From Octopus sinensis (Eukaryota), in NCBI RefSeq assembly GCF_006345805.1, contig NW_021831993.1:35607-99606 (forward strand): a stretch of DNA of 64,000 nucleotides, in the 5' to 3' direction. Positions 61,745 to 64,000 of the stretch are shown piece by piece. Position numbers and translations under genes: made by a program. A model generated the notes under the pieces. The model saw nothing but the letters and a program-made list of their open reading frames with translations. It had not been told where the DNA came from and did not search any database. The first letter of the stretch is position 1. Every line of letters begins with the position of its first letter.

Positions 61745-63021
61745 CGAGGGGCGTTCAATAAGTAATGCCCCTGACCCACTTCCCATAGCAGTAGAGCAAC
61801 GAAACTTGGCACAGTCTTTTTCTACATAGGAACCACCCAGAGTTACGCATTTCTCCCATCGTTTGATGTGGCTCTGGAGACCGTTTTTGTAGAAGAACCC
61901 AGCTTGGTCCTCCAACCTCAACGTGACTTCAGAAATCAAGGCTGCATCATCTGGGAAACGCTTTCCTTTCAAAAACAACTTCATGATTGGGAAGAGGTGA
62001 AAATCAGAGGGTGCAAGGTCAGGAAAGTATGGGGAGGAGTTCATAGCCATACGCCTGTGCTTCTGATCTGGCGACAAGCGAGATGTGGACCGGAGCGTTG
62101 TCCTGCAGGAGGAGGATGCCTTTGCTGATCTTGCCCCGCCTCTTGATTTTGATAACTTCTCTTAATTTCCTCAAAAGTGAAGCATAATAGGCTCCTGCAA
62201 TTGTGGTACCCTTTGCCAGGAAATCTGTCATCACTACTTTGTCCTGGTCCCAGAAGACTGTGAGCATGACCTTTCCAGCGGAGGGCTGCACCCTTGCCTT
62301 CTTTGGAGGGGGTGAGTCGCGGTGCTTCCACTGCATTGACTGGGCTTTGGTCTCTGGATCATCGTGATGGACCCAGGTTTCATCCTGTGTAATCAGTCTT
62401 ATGAAATATTTTGACTCATCTTCTTGGCACATCTTCAAATTCACCCTCGAGCACTCGACGCGTTCTTGCTTCTGGAAAGGCGTGAGCAACCTGGGAATCC
62501 AACTGGCAGACACCTTTTGCATATGCAAATGGTCATGAATGATAGTTTCCACAGACCCGGTACTAATCTTGACCTCATGGGCTATTTGGCGAATAGTTAT
62601 GCGTCGATCTTCCAAAATGGCAGCCTCAACTTGACGGACAGATGCCTCATCAATGGCAGAAGGGGTCGACCAGATCTGGGAGCTGTTTCCACAGAGTTCC
62701 GACCATGTTTGAATTCACGATGCCAGCGTTTTACAAGGTCATATGATGGGGCATCATTACCATAAGTTACTTTCATTTCATCAAAAGTCTCCCGTGGTGT
62801 GCGTCCTTTCAAATACAAAAACCGGATCACTGCTCGACACTCAACAGGCTCCATTTCACACTTGACTTGGTTCAAACACCTGTAAATCAGAAACCACAAT
62901 TAATTCAGTGCTGTAATTTGCCACTTCCTCTATAGAGATATAAATGATTGCACATGCAAAATTTCAGCTAGATCAAACAGCTGCAAGTGGGTCAGAGGCA
63001 TTACTTATTGAACGTCCCTCG
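61745..63021 (-). mobile_element. Full-length mariner transposon (DD34D type), two frameshifts
   Basis: 37-bp TIRs (cgaggggcgttcaataagtaatgcc...), TA TSDs; RSGRP, ITQDETWVH, LLQDNAPVH, YFPDLAPSDFHLF. Confidence 0.95.
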
Positions 63022-63217
63022 TATATATTCTTTTATTTATTTCATTCATTTAACAGCGCTCATGCTGGAGCACTGCCTTTAGTCGAAGAAGTCGATCCCA
63101 GGACTTATTCTTTGTAAGCCTAGTACTTATTCTATCGTTTTCCTTTGCTGAACCGCTAAGTAACGGGGATGTAAACACACCATCAACGGTTGTGAAGCGA
63201 TGGTGGTGGGGAGACAA

Positions 63218-63249
<32 letters not shown>

Positions 63250-63254
<5 letters not shown>

Positions 63255-63728
63255 CATTATTTACATTTGACGGATATTTGTTCCTCATCTTGTTTCTTGT
63301 TAACATGCTTCGGCTGATATACCCTCCAACCTTCTTCAGGTGTCTTGGGGAAATTTCAAACCTGACTTCTCATTCCTAAGGTATTTTGTTATGTTGTTGT
63401 TATTATTATTAATAAGGTCACTGCCTGAAATCGAACTCGAAATCTTGGGCTTAGTAGCCCGCGCTCTGAACCACTACGCCCGTGGCATGTGGTGTAGTGG
63501 TTCAGAGCGCGGGCTATTAACCCCAAGATTCCGGGTTCGATTCCAGGCAGTGACCATAATAATAATAACAATAACTACAATAACAACATCGAAAAATACC
63601 TTAGGAATGAGAACACAGGTTCGAAATTTCCCCAAGACACCTGAAGAAGGTTGGAGGGTATATCAGCCGAAACATGTTAACAACAAACAAAATGAGGGAC
63701 AAATATCCGTCAAATGTAAATAATATAC
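63250..63728. mobile_element. Head-to-head palindrome of two tRNA-head + hammerhead-tail units
   Basis: Arms are reverse complements; tRNA-like heads at 63416-63487 (-) and 63484-63555 (+); CTGAAGA at 63641 (+) and 63333-63339 (-). Confidence 0.75.
63636..63680 (+). ncRNA. Hammerhead-ribozyme-like motif (partly degenerate)
   Basis: gacac-CTGAAGA-a-ggttg(gagggtatat)cagcc-GAAA-CATGTT; the stem I 3' strand is poorly conserved. Confidence 0.5.
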
Positions 63729-63744
63729 ATAATTCCTCAATATA

Positions 63745-64000
63745 TCTCTTATTATAAAAGGCAGATTTTATCTGCCTCCCTTTGTCACTTATAGAAATCT
63801 ACAATATAGGATTTCTTCAATTACAATTTACCTAGCATTTTTAAGAGTAGAATGCATCGGGTCATGCCAGGTCCAGTTTTTAAAATTTAAACTCCAATTA
63901 AGCAAAATTTACAGAAAAGTCACATTCTAGTGTGTATGTCAAATGCTTTACTTAATGTGGTTTACACCACACGCATACGCACACACACAGTGTGCAACGA
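63745..64000 (+). mobile_element. Possible 5' end of a non-autonomous Helitron-like element, cut by the window edge
   Basis: A|TCTCTTATTATAAAAGG start resembling the 12362 element; 3' end not visible. Confidence 0.35.

Overview
AT-rich, microsatellite-dense animal genomic DNA. The repeat families look like those of an octopod cephalopod; this is pattern recognition, not a database result. One host gene can be reconstructed by hand on the minus strand: a compact single-macrodomain plus ART-domain mono-ADP-ribosyltransferase (PARP14/15-like, H-Y-I triad, no WWE seen, about 404-426 aa). Its well-supported exons are 41789-41901, 41283-41507, 40230-40457, 33465-33519, 14173-14306, 13608-13785 and 10245-10510; candidate exons are 50489-50523 and 31989-32053. 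Three small deletions in low-complexity spots break the frame and are either assembly errors or pseudogenising lesions. The rest is mostly decayed mobile DNA: RTE LINEs, several R4/Dong-type REL LINEs embedded in (AAT)n, CR1 and Tx1/L1 3' ends, a hAT relic, a full-length mariner, a Tc1 fragment, hAT and MULE-like MITEs, Helitron-like elements, a solo LTR, tRNA-derived SINEs and Penelope-type termini. The most unusual signals are: (i) three distinct hammerhead-ribozyme-like architectures, including a 480-bp head-to-head palindrome of tRNA-head + hammerhead units; (ii) four tandem arrays (26, 29, 56, 166 bp), three traceable to TE sub-motifs, one of them an array of Pol III A-box heads; (iii) several near-perfect fold-back palindromes. 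No CRISPR arrays, rRNA or convincing functional tRNA genes were found.
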